DNA of 64,000 nt from Tricharina praecox. Its lineage: Eukaryota. Made by a program: the position numbers and the translations under genes. The notes beneath the pieces are model-generated. The model searched no databases and had not been told where the DNA came from. It saw only the letters and a list, made by a program, of their open reading frames with translations. Every line of letters begins with the position of its first letter. The stretch's first letter is position 1. This document shows positions 39,512 through 51,920 of this stretch, in pieces. The stretch covers positions 434,001 to 498,000 of the forward strand of contig NW_026250418.1 in NCBI RefSeq assembly GCF_024521635.1, read 5' to 3'.

Positions 39512-40620
39512 ATGAGTTCGCCAAGGAGAAGGATCGAGACCGATGTGAGCCCGCCCTGCCCGCCAGCTTTCCTCAGGTGTACGGAATAGTGTATAGTAAT
39601 GACGCGTGCTGCTTGCGGGAGGAGTAGGTCATGAAGTATGCAACTCACCCTCTCTCTCTCTCTTTCATGCTCCTCTCTCTCTCTCTCTCCATAGCTAACA
39701 CTCCCGTACAGACTGTACGTTCCCCCCGCCGACCTGTGCTCGACCAGCCAGCCCCGACCTGACCAGACCTGACCGTGTGAATGTGTCTATGTACAGGTTG
39801 ATGAGCGACTATGAAGTCACCCTGGTGAACGACAACAGTATGCTCCATCTACACTCACCTTTCTTCCGCCCTCCCTGCCGTCGCTGACCGCGAGTGCACA
39901 GTGTACTATACCTACTCTCCCCTTCAGCCCGCCGTTGTCCCATCGCACATCACATCGCACTCGCTGACCACCGCCGCAGGTCCGAATTCTTCGTCCGCTT
40001 CAAGGGCCCGGAAGAGAGTGAGCACATCCCCCCCGTCCCTCCCTCCCTCCCCCGCCCCCTCCTTTCCCCCCTCACTAACCCCCCTCCTTTAGCACCCTTC
40101 AAAGGCGGCACGTGGAAGATCCACGTCGAGCTGCCGGACCAGTACCCGTACAAGTCTCCGTCGATCGGCTTCCAGAACCGCATATTCCACCCGAACATTG
40201 ACGAGATGAGCGGGTCGGTCTGTCTCGACGTGATCAACCAGACGTGGTCGCCCATGTACGACATGATTAACATCTTCGAGGTGTTCCTGCCGCAGCTGCT
40301 AAGATACCCGAATCCGACCGATCCCCTCAATGGGGAAGCGGCGGCATTGTTGATGCGCGAGCCCAAGGCGTATGAGGAGAAGGTTAGAGGTATGTGAAAG
40401 TCGAGGGAGGGGGAGCGGGGGAGGGATGGGATTAGGGGGGGAGGGGCCAGGGGGGGAGGGAGGCTGATAAGGTGTGCGGACAGAGTATGTCGAGAAGTAT
40501 GCGACCAAGGACGCGATTGAGGATGGCACCGACGACGACGAGGAGGAGGACGAGATGAGCTCCGTCGGTAGCTATGGCGACGACGAGGACGACGAGCCCG
40601 CGGGGCAGATGGAGGTCTGA
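39512..40620 (+). CDS. UBC8: Ubiquitin-conjugating enzyme Ubc8/UBE2H; proposed 8 exons: 39512-39544, 39628-39635, 39712-39714, 39797-39837, 39902, 39980-40017, 40093-40389, 40484-40620 (558 nt, 185 aa)
   Basis: Spliced product [47 protein letters not shown]...[23 protein letters not shown]...acidic tail. Confidence 0.95.
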
Positions 40621-41445
40621 CGTCGACGTTTTCGTATCTTTTTTCCCACCTTTCCCCACCTTTTTTCCTACCTTTTTCCACCGCCTGTTTGTTTCCGTTG
40701 GCCCAATGATGGGGTTCCTTGCCTTGCCTTGCCTCGCTGGTGTTTTTGTGTATTTTTATGGACTTTTCCTTGTTTCTTGTTTGTGTAGCGGGTTGATGGA
40801 TGCGTGGAACGTGCGCGTAATGAATGAGATCTCGAGAGTCGAGACGGCGTTGCGATTGCACGCTTCGTGTTTACCTTTCCGTCCGTCAAGTACTCAGTAC
40901 TATGGTGACGATGCCCGAGCCTTTCCCGTCTTCTCGTTCTCTACTCTCATGATGAGGGTCGCATCCACGAAGATGAATAGAAAAAAAACGAACGCCGATA
41001 CCGGAGCTTTTCGCTTCCCGCTTCCATTATGTTTCAAGCTATATATTCCAAATAAATATCCAGACAGAACATCAGACAGTACCTCAAGCAAAAAAGCAAA
41101 ACTCCTCTATCATCCTATCCCCCTCTCCCCCACCCCCACCTTCTCCGTAAAACATCGTGTGAATAGACTACCATACTGTAGCAAAGAAGAAGCCAGGAAA
41201 TAAGTGTTATATTTACAGGGTGAATTGAAAACCACCCGAAACCGAACCCAAAAACGCCAAAATGAAGCCCCCCCCTTTCGCGCCGCCCCCCGTCGCCCCC
41301 GAAAAGGAAAATAAGAAAACGACTGGTGTAGAGGTAGGTAAGGTAGGTAGGTAGGATAAAATAATCTTCAAGATGGAAAGAGAAAAAACGCCTAGACGTA
41401 AAGAAAGATCCCCAGCAAATACCGTATGAAATCACTTAACATTAC

Positions 41446-44400
41446 CTACTCCTTCTTCGCCTCCGCCGCCGCCGGGGGGACAGCAGCGCCCAAAAACCAA
41501 CCCCCGCGCTCCCACTGGCCAGGGACATACTCTGCCTCGCGCCGGAGGGCAGTATCTCTCGTGCCCTCGAGGAGCTTTCCCAACCGACCAAAGTCAATCG
41601 GCTTCAGGATCCACCCGTCGAAGCCGATGTCGGCGTACTCGATCCAGCGCTCTTCGAACAGCGACGCCGAGACGGCAAATATCGGGATGCGGCCGTGGGT
41701 GGCGTGGCGGCGGGGGACGGGGTGCTTCGAGTTCGACTCGAGCCCGCGGATGCGCGTCGTCGACTCGCTGCCGTTCATTATTGGCATCTGTGCGGATTGT
41801 TAGTGTGAGTGATCGGATTCCAGATGGGGTGGGGATGGCAATAGATAGACTCACCTGCATGTCCATCAGGATTGCGTCGTAGTCGGCGCAGGCTTTGCTG
41901 AAGCTGTGGAAACACTCGTCGCCGTTGGCGGTCATGGCGACGCTGTGGCCCATGCGTTCCAACCTGGAATTACCGCTATTAACATAATTCCTTTCGCAAA
42001 ACGGGGTCTGCGTCTGCGTCGAGAATGCCTCACCTCTTCTTGATGATCTTGCTGTTGATAGGATCGTCTTCTGCGACCAAGATGGTGAACTTGACCGCAT
42101 CTTCCGCGCGCACCTGCGCTGGCTGCCTAGCAGGCGGCGGCAAAGGCACCACGGCACCCGACGGAACCGTGTCACCCTCACACGGAATCCGCACCGGTCT
42201 CACGGGCGCCAGGCTTCCACTGAGGATTTCCTTGCCTGGCGAGAACTTGCCGTCCATCAACCGATCAAACACCGGGGCCTTGTAGGAAGACTTAGCTGCA
42301 CCCGCCGATGCCGGTCGACTCGGTACGAGTGGACGCGAGGGCGGCGATTGAGGTCCATCCGCCACCAAGCTGGAATTTGCAGTGAAGTATTCATTCGTCG
42401 AGGAAGGCGAGCCGACGATGGACGGGCTCGAGATGGCATCGACGAGCCGGTCGATCTCAATCGAGCTGGCACTCATGGAACTTTCGCCCCATTCGGGTGC
42501 GTTCCACTTGGCAGGTGGTTGGATCAGAGTCACCTCGCCTTGCGTTGGCGGAGGTGTTCTGGCCGGTTGCTGAATCGCCACATTGTCCGGAGACTCCTCC
42601 TTGGGAATTGTAAACGGAACACACAGAGTAAACCTCGAGCCCTTCCCTTCCTCGGACTTCAGTCGCAGCTGGCCATTCATATTCCTAATCGCACGAGCTA
42701 CGACAGCAAGTCCCAAGCCAAGAACCCTTTGGCCAGGCATCTTGCTAAGAGCATTGAAGGATGCGCTCTCTTCGTGGGATAGCGAGAGGATATCCCCCTC
42801 CTCCTCCGTGTGGATTTGTTCGAATTCTCCGAAGAGAATGTTCAGCTTGGCGGGCGAGATTCCCTCGCCAGTGTCTTCAACTGCGATTTCGATATCGCAT
42901 TTCCCACCTTGGATGCCCCCAGCCCATATCTCAATCCTCAGTCCTCCCGCGGACGTATGTTTGACGGCGTTGGCCGTGACATTGCTGATGACCTGTCGCA
43001 GTCGTGCCGGGTCTCCCTTGACATACGATGGTAGGCCTGGATATTCCACCACCTCGAAAGTGAGTTTCTTCCGATCGGTATCCGCACGGAACTTGTCCGT
43101 CGCTTCGAATACTACCTGGCGAAGGTCAAAGATTTCATCCTTCATCAGGTCCTGGCCCTCTTCTGTGCGGGTGAGATCCAACAGGTCATTGATAACATAA
43201 ATCAAGGACTTCGATGCAGAATGGGACCGCGCCAAGTTGTCGCGAGTCTCTGTATCGAGCGGTCCTTCGAGTGCTATCTCCAAATAGTTGATGATGGCGT
43301 TTAACGGTGTCCGGACTATCAACAGATTAGCACGAAGCGTCTGCTGTACCTAGGTAAGTACTCATGAACACCTCACCTTCATGTGAAGCATTAGCAAGCA
43401 GCAGTCGAGTGAGCTGACTATTCTTCAGCGCAGCCTCTTTCTGCCTCCACACCTCAATAAACTTTCCATACACCAAGCAAAGTACCGCCGCGGTTTCGAC
43501 TATTCTCCCCGCACAAGTGATTAGCAAAGCAAACCTCCCCATCCCCCATCCCCCAGACACATCCGGATAAAATCCACACACCTTGTTCTTCGGTCCATTC
43601 ACGACTTCGTCCAACGACAGTTTCTGACCATATCTGTCGATACCAATGAGTCTCCCCTCACTACGACACTACGACGGGGTCGCGAGTTTACCTTGAAGCT
43701 TGTCTAAATTTACATATTAGCCTGTGATTCCAAACTTCTAAGATATCCATAGCACCTTACCCTTGGCTCGAGATACGCATCTGTACCTTCCTTCAACTTC
43801 TTATCGTACGGATTTCCAGCCCAGTGGACGTGCTGTGCGCGCGAGAGTTCTTGTCAGAAAAGAAAAAACAATCAAACCCAGACCTAGACGACCAACTAAC
43901 CGATATCTGTGGCTGTCTGAAAAACACTATAAAGTCGCGCCCTTCAGAGCTCAGCGGCACCAACAACAAGCCAGCAATGACCTTGAACCCGGGCTTATAT
44001 TTCAGATCTGGGAAATCCTTTACCATGTCTTGCGAGGTGATAACAGTGTTAAAGTTCCTGACACGCAGATACTCGAGCATAGCGAGGGCCTCCTGCGAAT
44101 TCTCCGACTTGCCCAGCACCTTCGTTTCGTCGCGGATGCTCAACAGACCACAGTCGGCATCGAACAGCTTCAGCAGGTCATCGGAGCTCGCAACGATATA
44201 GCCGCCCGGATTCTGTTCCGTGGGCACGGTGTTGATCAGTTTGCGAGCGTGCAGCCGTCGGGCGTACGACAGACGCTCGATGGTGCGGCTGGCAGTCTCG
44301 CCGACTAGACGGCACATCTTCCGGATTGGAAACGATACGCGCATCGGACTGTAGGAATGGCAGGAAACGAGGCCCCATAGCTGGTTGAAAGCGGTGATGG

Positions 44401-46221
44401 AAATGCTCATGCTTGCCCTGACTCCCATGTGGCCCAGATATTTGAGGTGAATCGGGCTCATAGCCCGTAGATAAGAGTGTGTTAGGTCCAGCGGAGTCTC
44501 CAAATCCTCGCGAGTATTGCATACGAGTCTGGCCGTTGTCTGCTCTCGGTCGTAAAGAAGTCGGACCTTGTTGATGGTGTACAAGGCTCGGGCCTGTGCC
44601 GGAATGTCGGACGCCGGGAAGTGAAGACCTTTGTACAAATCCTTAGTAGCCCTCGGATCCACCAATTCTGTGACAACCCTTCCATTCCACGCCTCGTCGA
44701 ACTGATAAATCATGACGCGGTGAAACCCCGTGAGTTCCTTTACCAGGCCCACGACGATCTTCAAAAACGTGGTCAGATCGGCAGCGGAAGCCAGTTGGTC
44801 TGTGTATGCCGATCAAGTCAGATCAATGCTCAACCCATAACGAAAGCACCCAGAAGCGAAAGCATATATACCTTGAATCTGACTCATCAAACTGAAAACC
44901 TTTATATAGCCGAGTCAATCCCAGTATTCAAACCACATAGCGCATCGCATCCGCCCCGCAGTATGGGAATAACAAACCTCCATTGCCGCGGCATCTCCCC
45001 TCCTTTTCCGCGCGGACCGCAACACGCGCAGTGGTCTACTCGAGCTCATTGTGCTCTCCAGCAACTCCTCGTGTGTGGGCTTCGAGTCGAGCGTCTCGGA
45101 CGGCTCCGAACTGTCGGATGCAAGGCTGAGCGGAAACAGGCTGTCATCCTCCAATTCGAATTCGCAAATGAACAGACTTTTGTCCCCCGCTGGCAAGTGT
45201 ATCGCACACCACAGCTTGATCTGAATTGCATCGGGCCCGGTAACATTGAGAGAAAAGACCTCGGGGCCATCGAGTCGCGCGTCCGAGTCGTCCCGTACGA
45301 ATTCGATGTGTTCGGCGAGGTGGTCGGCTTGCTCATCCGACAGGACGGACAGGAAATTGCCCCGTGCAAACAGTTCGCTGGGAGAGTAGCCGATGATGCT
45401 TTTCGAATTCTGTGTGGAATAGGGTTAGAAAACGCTATTTCTCCCCGTGGAATGAAAATACATGCTTCGCTGACGACTCGGACATCTAGTATTGCCCCGT
45501 CCTCCAGTTCTCTCATTGCCACAAGGCAACCAAACCCCTGCACCGCTCCCGGAATATGGATTGCCTCGTCCTCACAACGCTGCATCTTTTCCACCCCCGC
45601 AACCCCGGTCACTATCATATGTCCATCTTCGGTGATGACGTGCTTATGTCTCTCGGTGTAGAAACCCGTCCCCGCGCCCGAATCGGCCGAGCCGCCGTTC
45701 TGCGACCCTGGAGCCTCCGCCGTGAAATAACTGACGCTCGCCGATCTCGCTGCGGTAGACGGTGCGGCAGAGCTCAGATACGGAGTCGTATTCGTGGTGG
45801 ATCTTGAATGGCTGTCCAGCTTGAAGAAGGACTCGGAGTCCTCCCGCGCCGGCGTCCCGACCAAACTATTCATGAGGCTCATGGTGCTCAGGGGACCAAC
45901 ACTGCTGCCAGACACGCTCGCGCTGCTCCTTGCACCTGGCGACTCCGGGCCGAACGGCTGCGGCTCGATGTTGACGACCGACCGTATCGGAAACACCCTG
46001 TCGTACCCCTCTCTGTCCGATGGGGCAAAGTTGCCAGGAAAGGGCGGCCGCGAGACCGATACGCTCGAGACACTGCTCAGCAATGGCGGTGCTGTCGGTG
46101 CAGAGGCAGATTTTGGAATCGTGATACCGGTAATGCTCGAGCATGTGGCGGCGCTTGGGTCTGTCTCGGACGGGCTAAGGTGCCCATCCGAGCACCTAGT
46201 TTCCTCCTCCGGGGGACTCAT
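41446..46221 (-). CDS. fphA: Fungal phytochrome (N-terminal extension-PAS-GAF-PHY-histidine kinase-receiver); start taken as first in-frame ATG and uncertain
   Basis: Bilin-binding Cys in RCEDEAIHIPGAVQGFG; FHRVMIYQFD; HFPASDIPAQAR; SPIHLKYL; WAGNP; PR|TSF; H-box NASHEVRTPLNAII; receiver LVAEDD, ILMDMQMP. Confidence 0.96.
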
Positions 46222-46570
46222 CGAGATGTCTGTGCAATGACAGCACGACCTAGTACCTATTACCGTTATCGAAGCAATCGGTGCAATCGGTGTAGGGCCA
46301 GGTTCGGCAGGATGGACAGTCTGTATCAACCGAGTACTGCGACCGATGGGAGGGGCGGTCGATTATTGTTGGTCGGTGGACCTTACTGGGCGAGGGGTTG
46401 AACGATCCGTTCTCAACGACTTTCCAGTCAGCGCTCCGTTTCCCGGCCGGGCTGGATGTGGCAAGTGGAGTGGCTACGCTCGAGGGCCGCAGATGCGTAT
46501 CGGACGACGGCGGCGGCGGCGACGGTGACGTATCGACGGACTAGTTGTAATTGTGCGGGCGGTATGGAGT

Positions 46571-46571
<1 letters not shown>

Positions 46572-46620
<49 letters not shown>
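46572..46620. repeat. (CT)n microsatellite upstream of phytochrome
   Basis: About 24 perfect CT units. Confidence 0.95.
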
Positions 46621-46625
<5 letters not shown>

Positions 46626-47407
46626 TTCTTTGAGGGATATCTGCAGCAGAACAGAGGGCCGGAAAAAAAAAGATCGTGCAACCACGAGCAGAACCGAACC
46701 GAGTGGAAGTTTTTATGTATGTATGTAGATATGTATGCCGCAAAGGTTGGGCTGGATTGGACGCGTGCGGAGCTTGAGGAAATGAGAAGCTAGAAGAGCT
46801 AGGCCCTCCGTTCCAGCTAGGTAGCAATCGAGGCTGCAGTTAATGCACAGTCCGCCGCCACCCGCCGTTTTGGTGGTTATGCGAAAACGCCGAGGAAATG
46901 ATATGTGGCCCGCACCACCACCCTTCTTCCTTCCGTCCTCCTCCTCCTCGCACGCTAATTCGGTGGCTTCTTAACGAAACGACCGACACAGCCGGTCTCG
47001 ATAACTATTCGTGCAGAGTATGTGGATGGGTAGGTATGTATGTAGATGTGTAGGTAGGTGGGTAGGTGGGTAGGTACGGTATATAGGTAGGACACTAGGT
47101 AGATAGGTGCGGACACTGGACGGGTATGTTGGAAGGCACTCCCCCGGCCGTGGTTCTTAAAAGCCACGAATGTGAAGCCCCGCGTCGATGAGCAGACGAA
47201 TTACAGATTCGCTGGGGGGATGGCGTTGTGTGCTAGGCGCAAGACGCAACAGAAAAATGATAATTGCGGAAGTGCATCAATAGTAAGAGTAAGAGTAAGG
47301 CCCCTGCGCACACCCTCCTCCTATGTAGATACTCCTCTTCCCATGCAGCAGCACCGCGAACGCAATCCTGGTCGGCTTTTCGGTGTCAGTGCGGATACAA
47401 GGCTGCA

Positions 47408-47558
47408 GGTGGAGGTGGAGGTGGTGAAGATGGTGGTGGTGGTGATGGGTGGTGGTGGTGATGGTGTTGGTGGTGAAGGTGGTGGTGGTGGTGGAGTTGT
47501 GAGTGCAGGTTCGGTGGAGTGGAGTGGAGTGGAGTGGAGTGGAGTGGAGTGGAGTGGA
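47408..47558. repeat. Imperfect (GGT)n tract followed by (GGAGT)n pentanucleotide array
   Basis: ggtggtggt... at 47408-47493; ggagt x8 at about 47516-47555. Confidence 0.9.
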
Positions 47559-50500
47559 ACAGAGCGGAGTTCGGTGCGAGCGAGCGAGAGTTGTTGGGTG
47601 CACGAATGGTAGATTAGTTATGTGGAGGAGAGACACGACAAGACAAGAGGATTCTTCTTCTTCGTCGGCTTTGCTTCGACTCGACGGGGTCGGGAGGGGC
47701 TGGCGGTTTTTCGATGTGGCCGTATGTACCTATCTAGAGTACTTGCCTATACTATTCCTTTAGCAGGGGCACATTTTGCGGATCGCTTATGCCGGAGGGA
47801 AAATCCGTGTCTCTCCATCTCAGCAGTTGTTCGGGACTACGAGGATGATTAAGCATGGAGGAGTAGGAGGAGCAGTAGGAGGAGGAGGACGCGGGGACGG
47901 GGGGAGGAAGCGGAGGAGGTGGATGGTGCAAAGATCTCCATCAAGGCTTGTGTGGCGTCGCATCTACTGCCGGTGCTAGAGCAGCATATCTAGCAGTAGA
48001 GTGATGACTATCCCATGCAGACTGGCGAAAGCCTCACACTCCACAGTATAAAAACGCATGGAGATCAGACACGTACAATACAATATAGCACTACGGCATA
48101 CACAGGGGCGCGTTGAGCAGACTCGGCAGCACATAGCAGATACTCGATAGTCGGATGCATGGAGTTTACTGACTCTACCCTACCATGTGCCGGTATGCAC
48201 CAACCCTACCTACACACCGCCCGGCCCAACGTCAGCGTGCACCGTCACGCAGCAGCGAAATAGAGTGGAACCCACACGCCGAACAACTTCCCCAGCAAGT
48301 CGGAATCTATGGCAAAGATTCCCCATCAAGATTGCATCTGTCGATCCGGAGCAAGCACACACCCTGTGCTGTGTGCGCTCTCCACTCGCCTCCGATGCTC
48401 CATCCCATCCATCCCATCCCTCCCATCAATCACATCCCTCCTTTCCCGGCGCGCCACTGCGTCCCATCCCATATGCCCATCCCATACATAAATCCCATCC
48501 CATCCGCCTCTCCACTCCAGGTGGCTGGCTGGCTCTTCTCTTTCGGCAGCAGCGAGACCTGCATGCACCGCAGTAGGCGCTCTATTCTGGGGGTAGGTAT
48601 GGTACCGTGTTTACATACTCCACCGTACTCTGCAGTATGGAGAGCGGTCCATGTATGGACGGTTGTCCCACCCATCCATAGGCCGAGTACCTACACGACC
48701 TCCTGCATTTATGGAGGTCGAGGATGAAACATACCAACTCACTTGCCCACATATCCCGCTAACTATGAACTATGGGGTGCGTTTATCCTCTGGTGTCTGG
48801 GGGAGAGGAAAGGAAAAGGAAGAAGGTATGTACGAGTACATACTGTGTAGATATGATACCTAGCAGTCAGTAGGCCCTGTCGATGGCGATCGGCAGTGGT
48901 TGATCTTTAACCTAACTATCGCGATACCAGATTGCCGTTGTCCGACGGGGGGGGAGGGTGTGACGCTTGGCTGGCCGGCTGGGTGGGTGCGGGCGCACCA
49001 CCATGGCACCGCACCACCAAGAGCCCATGGCACCACCAAGACACCGCAACACCGACATCGAAAAGGACAAAATTCCCATTCCCATTCCCATCCCCATCCA
49101 CCGATAGTTACATATCCGTATCTCTGTCCGTAGGCTGCCTACATACCGGTGTCTACTCTACTCTGCTACGGTACAGCCTACGTTACCTAGGTGCCTCCCC
49201 TTGTTGGACATGTGCCTCCATGGAGTAGGTACTCAAGTGGTTGGGCGTACCGTGCGATAGTTACATGATACATGATACAGGTATCCCTAGACAAAACGCC
49301 AATGCCCCCGCCCGTGTCCCGACTCCCGAAGTCCAGGTTTGCCGCTCTTATTTTTGATGCCACATGCAAACGAACGACACTCGTCCCACAGTCCGCTCGT
49401 CTGGATGCCGCTGGTGCAGTTTTGGTGGAGTTGCTGTGGTGGTGGTTGCGGTCGTGATGGTGGGTGCGGGGATATGTACGGTAGGTGCTCGGGCCGGGGG
49501 GCGGTAACTAGAGTAAATAGAGTAACTATTAGTAGTGCTATAGTTATAGCAGAGTAGATACATCTCGATTCGCTGCGCGGGGGCGGAAGCTTCATGCTGG
49601 TTAGATCGTACTCCAGTCTCCAGCTGCAACCCCGTTCGTCCCCCGAAATCGGAATGTCCGACGACGACGGAGAGGCGGGCCCGCCAGATTTCCAACATAG
49701 ATAGATCCCAAAGCCCAGCTGGCGTATGTATGTAGCAAGAATCGCACGAGGTACTCACTCTACTCACTCAAGGTACTATAGCGAGCGGCACCAGTGACCA
49801 AACACCAAAAACTCGCCGTTAGGCAGAAGCCGGAGGGAGGTATGTAATCCGCGGGCTCGATTTCCAACCTCGATTCTAGGCTTCCGACGCAAGGACTGGT
49901 AACTGCTCCAGTGCCAGTGCCAGTGCCAGTGCCAGTTTTCCACGGGCCCCGGCTAAACCAGATGCCGAACCGAACGTATGTAGCTCGCCGGTCAAACGCT
50001 GTACTGTACAACTGTCTATATACCTACCTGTCACTGCTCTTAGTATGAATCATGATAGGTATGAAATGATAGGTATGATACCCAGCGGAACACCCCCGAG
50101 GCGCCCCGATGCGCAGGCACAGGTCGTCCGTCCAGATCGGAGAACTACATACGGTACCTACAAACTATAGTTACGGGCGGCTCGCCCATACGGTACGTAG
50201 CGGGCGCTCCACAAACCCACGACGGAGACTATCTAAGTACATACCCAGGTAGGCAAAATCATACGAGTCACGAGTGCGCCCGAAACACCACTGGGCGGAC
50301 CATGCTTCTCTCTATTCTATAGCAGGCGTATGTACTCTACATAGGTACATACACCTATCCAACCAACTGTGCGATGATCCCGCGAAAGATTTGGATCCTG
50401 GATTCTGGAACCCCCACCTAACTGTAGTAAAAGCACAGGATCTCACTCGAGCGCCACCGCTGCAACGCCGCAACACCGCAGCGAAACATCGCATCCATCC

Positions 50501-51498
50501 AGAAATGCGGGACTGCTCTACATGTGACTTGGGATTATTGCTTGGGATTATGGCTTGGAACGGGCTTGGGAATATGGCTCCACACACTACACTACTATAG
50601 GCTCTGGGTAGGCTCTGGGTCGGCTTTGGGGAGGCGGTGGTAGGCAGTGCTAACCCGAGCCGTAATTCGCCATTCGCCACCCATAACTGCAGATAGCTCT
50701 GGATACTCCCGGGTTATTCACGGGATGGATGCTCTAGTTAGGCTGCTCAGGGCTTTTGTGATGGTGGCGCCACCCGGTGACCCGACTGGGAGGGAGGGGG
50801 GAGTTAGTTGAATCCCAACCATCATCACGGGTCAGCTTACTCCACGGTAGCATGTGTTGAGAGGAGAGAGGGCGCAGTTCGAGCTTCGGAAAGCGAAGGC
50901 GGCTTGTTTGGCTACCCCACCCCATCTCCTCCAGAGGCATGTGAAAAGGAACCGTACAGCACGTCGGCATGTCGGCACCTGCCGGGGCCGAGGCCCGGCG
51001 GACCCCCCAGGGCCCAGGGCTGCTGCTGCTGCTGGTTGACTCAATGGGATGGCTCGAAATGTCTTCTGCCCTTTTCCTACCGAAGCTCGCCGGCCACCGA
51101 GCAAGCCGCTGCCGCCACGTCTCGCCGCGAGTGAGGGCACAAATATCGCAGCCTCGCCTCCCCCCCTTCCCCGGGAGGTCAGCCTTGCGAACCACACCGT
51201 CCATCGTCCATCGTCGTCGTCGGACTCCCGGGCCTGTACCGTATGGTGAGGCGGGTACGAAGTTACGCGAAATCCCCTGCCCCTCCCCCTCCCCCCTCCC
51301 CCCTCCCCCACTCCGCCCCTTACCTGGATTATATTGCTGCGATTGCTGTGACCCCATTGGAGCACTGCATCGATATCATAGAATGTGATGGAAGGTCGAA
51401 GGCAAAGAGGCAATGAGGGAACATCGAATTGTTGCTGTTGTTGTCGCATACGGCGGCCGGCCTGTCTAGACTGCGACCTACCTGTCTAGACCGCGGCA

Positions 51499-51573
51499 AC
51501 TGGACTGCGGCGACTGGACTGTGGAGACTGGACTGCGGCGACTAGATTGCGGCGACTGGATAGTGGACAGTGG
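51499..51573. repeat. Degenerate 14-nt tandem repeat (actggactgcggcg), about 5 copies
   Basis: Directly visible. Confidence 0.8.
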
Positions 51574-51701
51574 AGCGTAACGAATCGGGTAAAGTGCGAA
51601 ACTGGAAACCGCAAACCGCAAACTGCGACGAGTGAGGATGCGTGAGCCGCTGCGGTTGTCACGACTCACGGTTGCGGCGATGCAAGCAAGGTTGCTGACA
51701 T

Positions 51702-51779
51702 CTGACTGCTCTGACTGCTCCGACTGCTCCGACTGCTCTGACTGCTCTGACTGCTCCGACTGCTCCGACTGCTCTGACA
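51702..51779. repeat. 9-nt tandem repeat (GACTGCTCY) x8
   Basis: Directly visible; produces the spurious SDC/SEQ repeat ORFs. Confidence 0.92.
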
Positions 51780-51920
51780 GCTCGTGCATCGTCACATATG
51801 GCACAGCGGATCCTTGCCTTCCTATGCATGCATATCTCTTGTATGTAAGATGTACCATATAGAGGCACGCAATAAAGTCATCAAGATTATGTCGTCCTTA
51901 TCATAAGGGAGGTATTCAGA

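Noticed and set aside
51478..51868. ORFs with SEQ/SDC peptide repeats
   Set aside because: Products of a 9-nt tandem repeat open in several frames; no gene structure.
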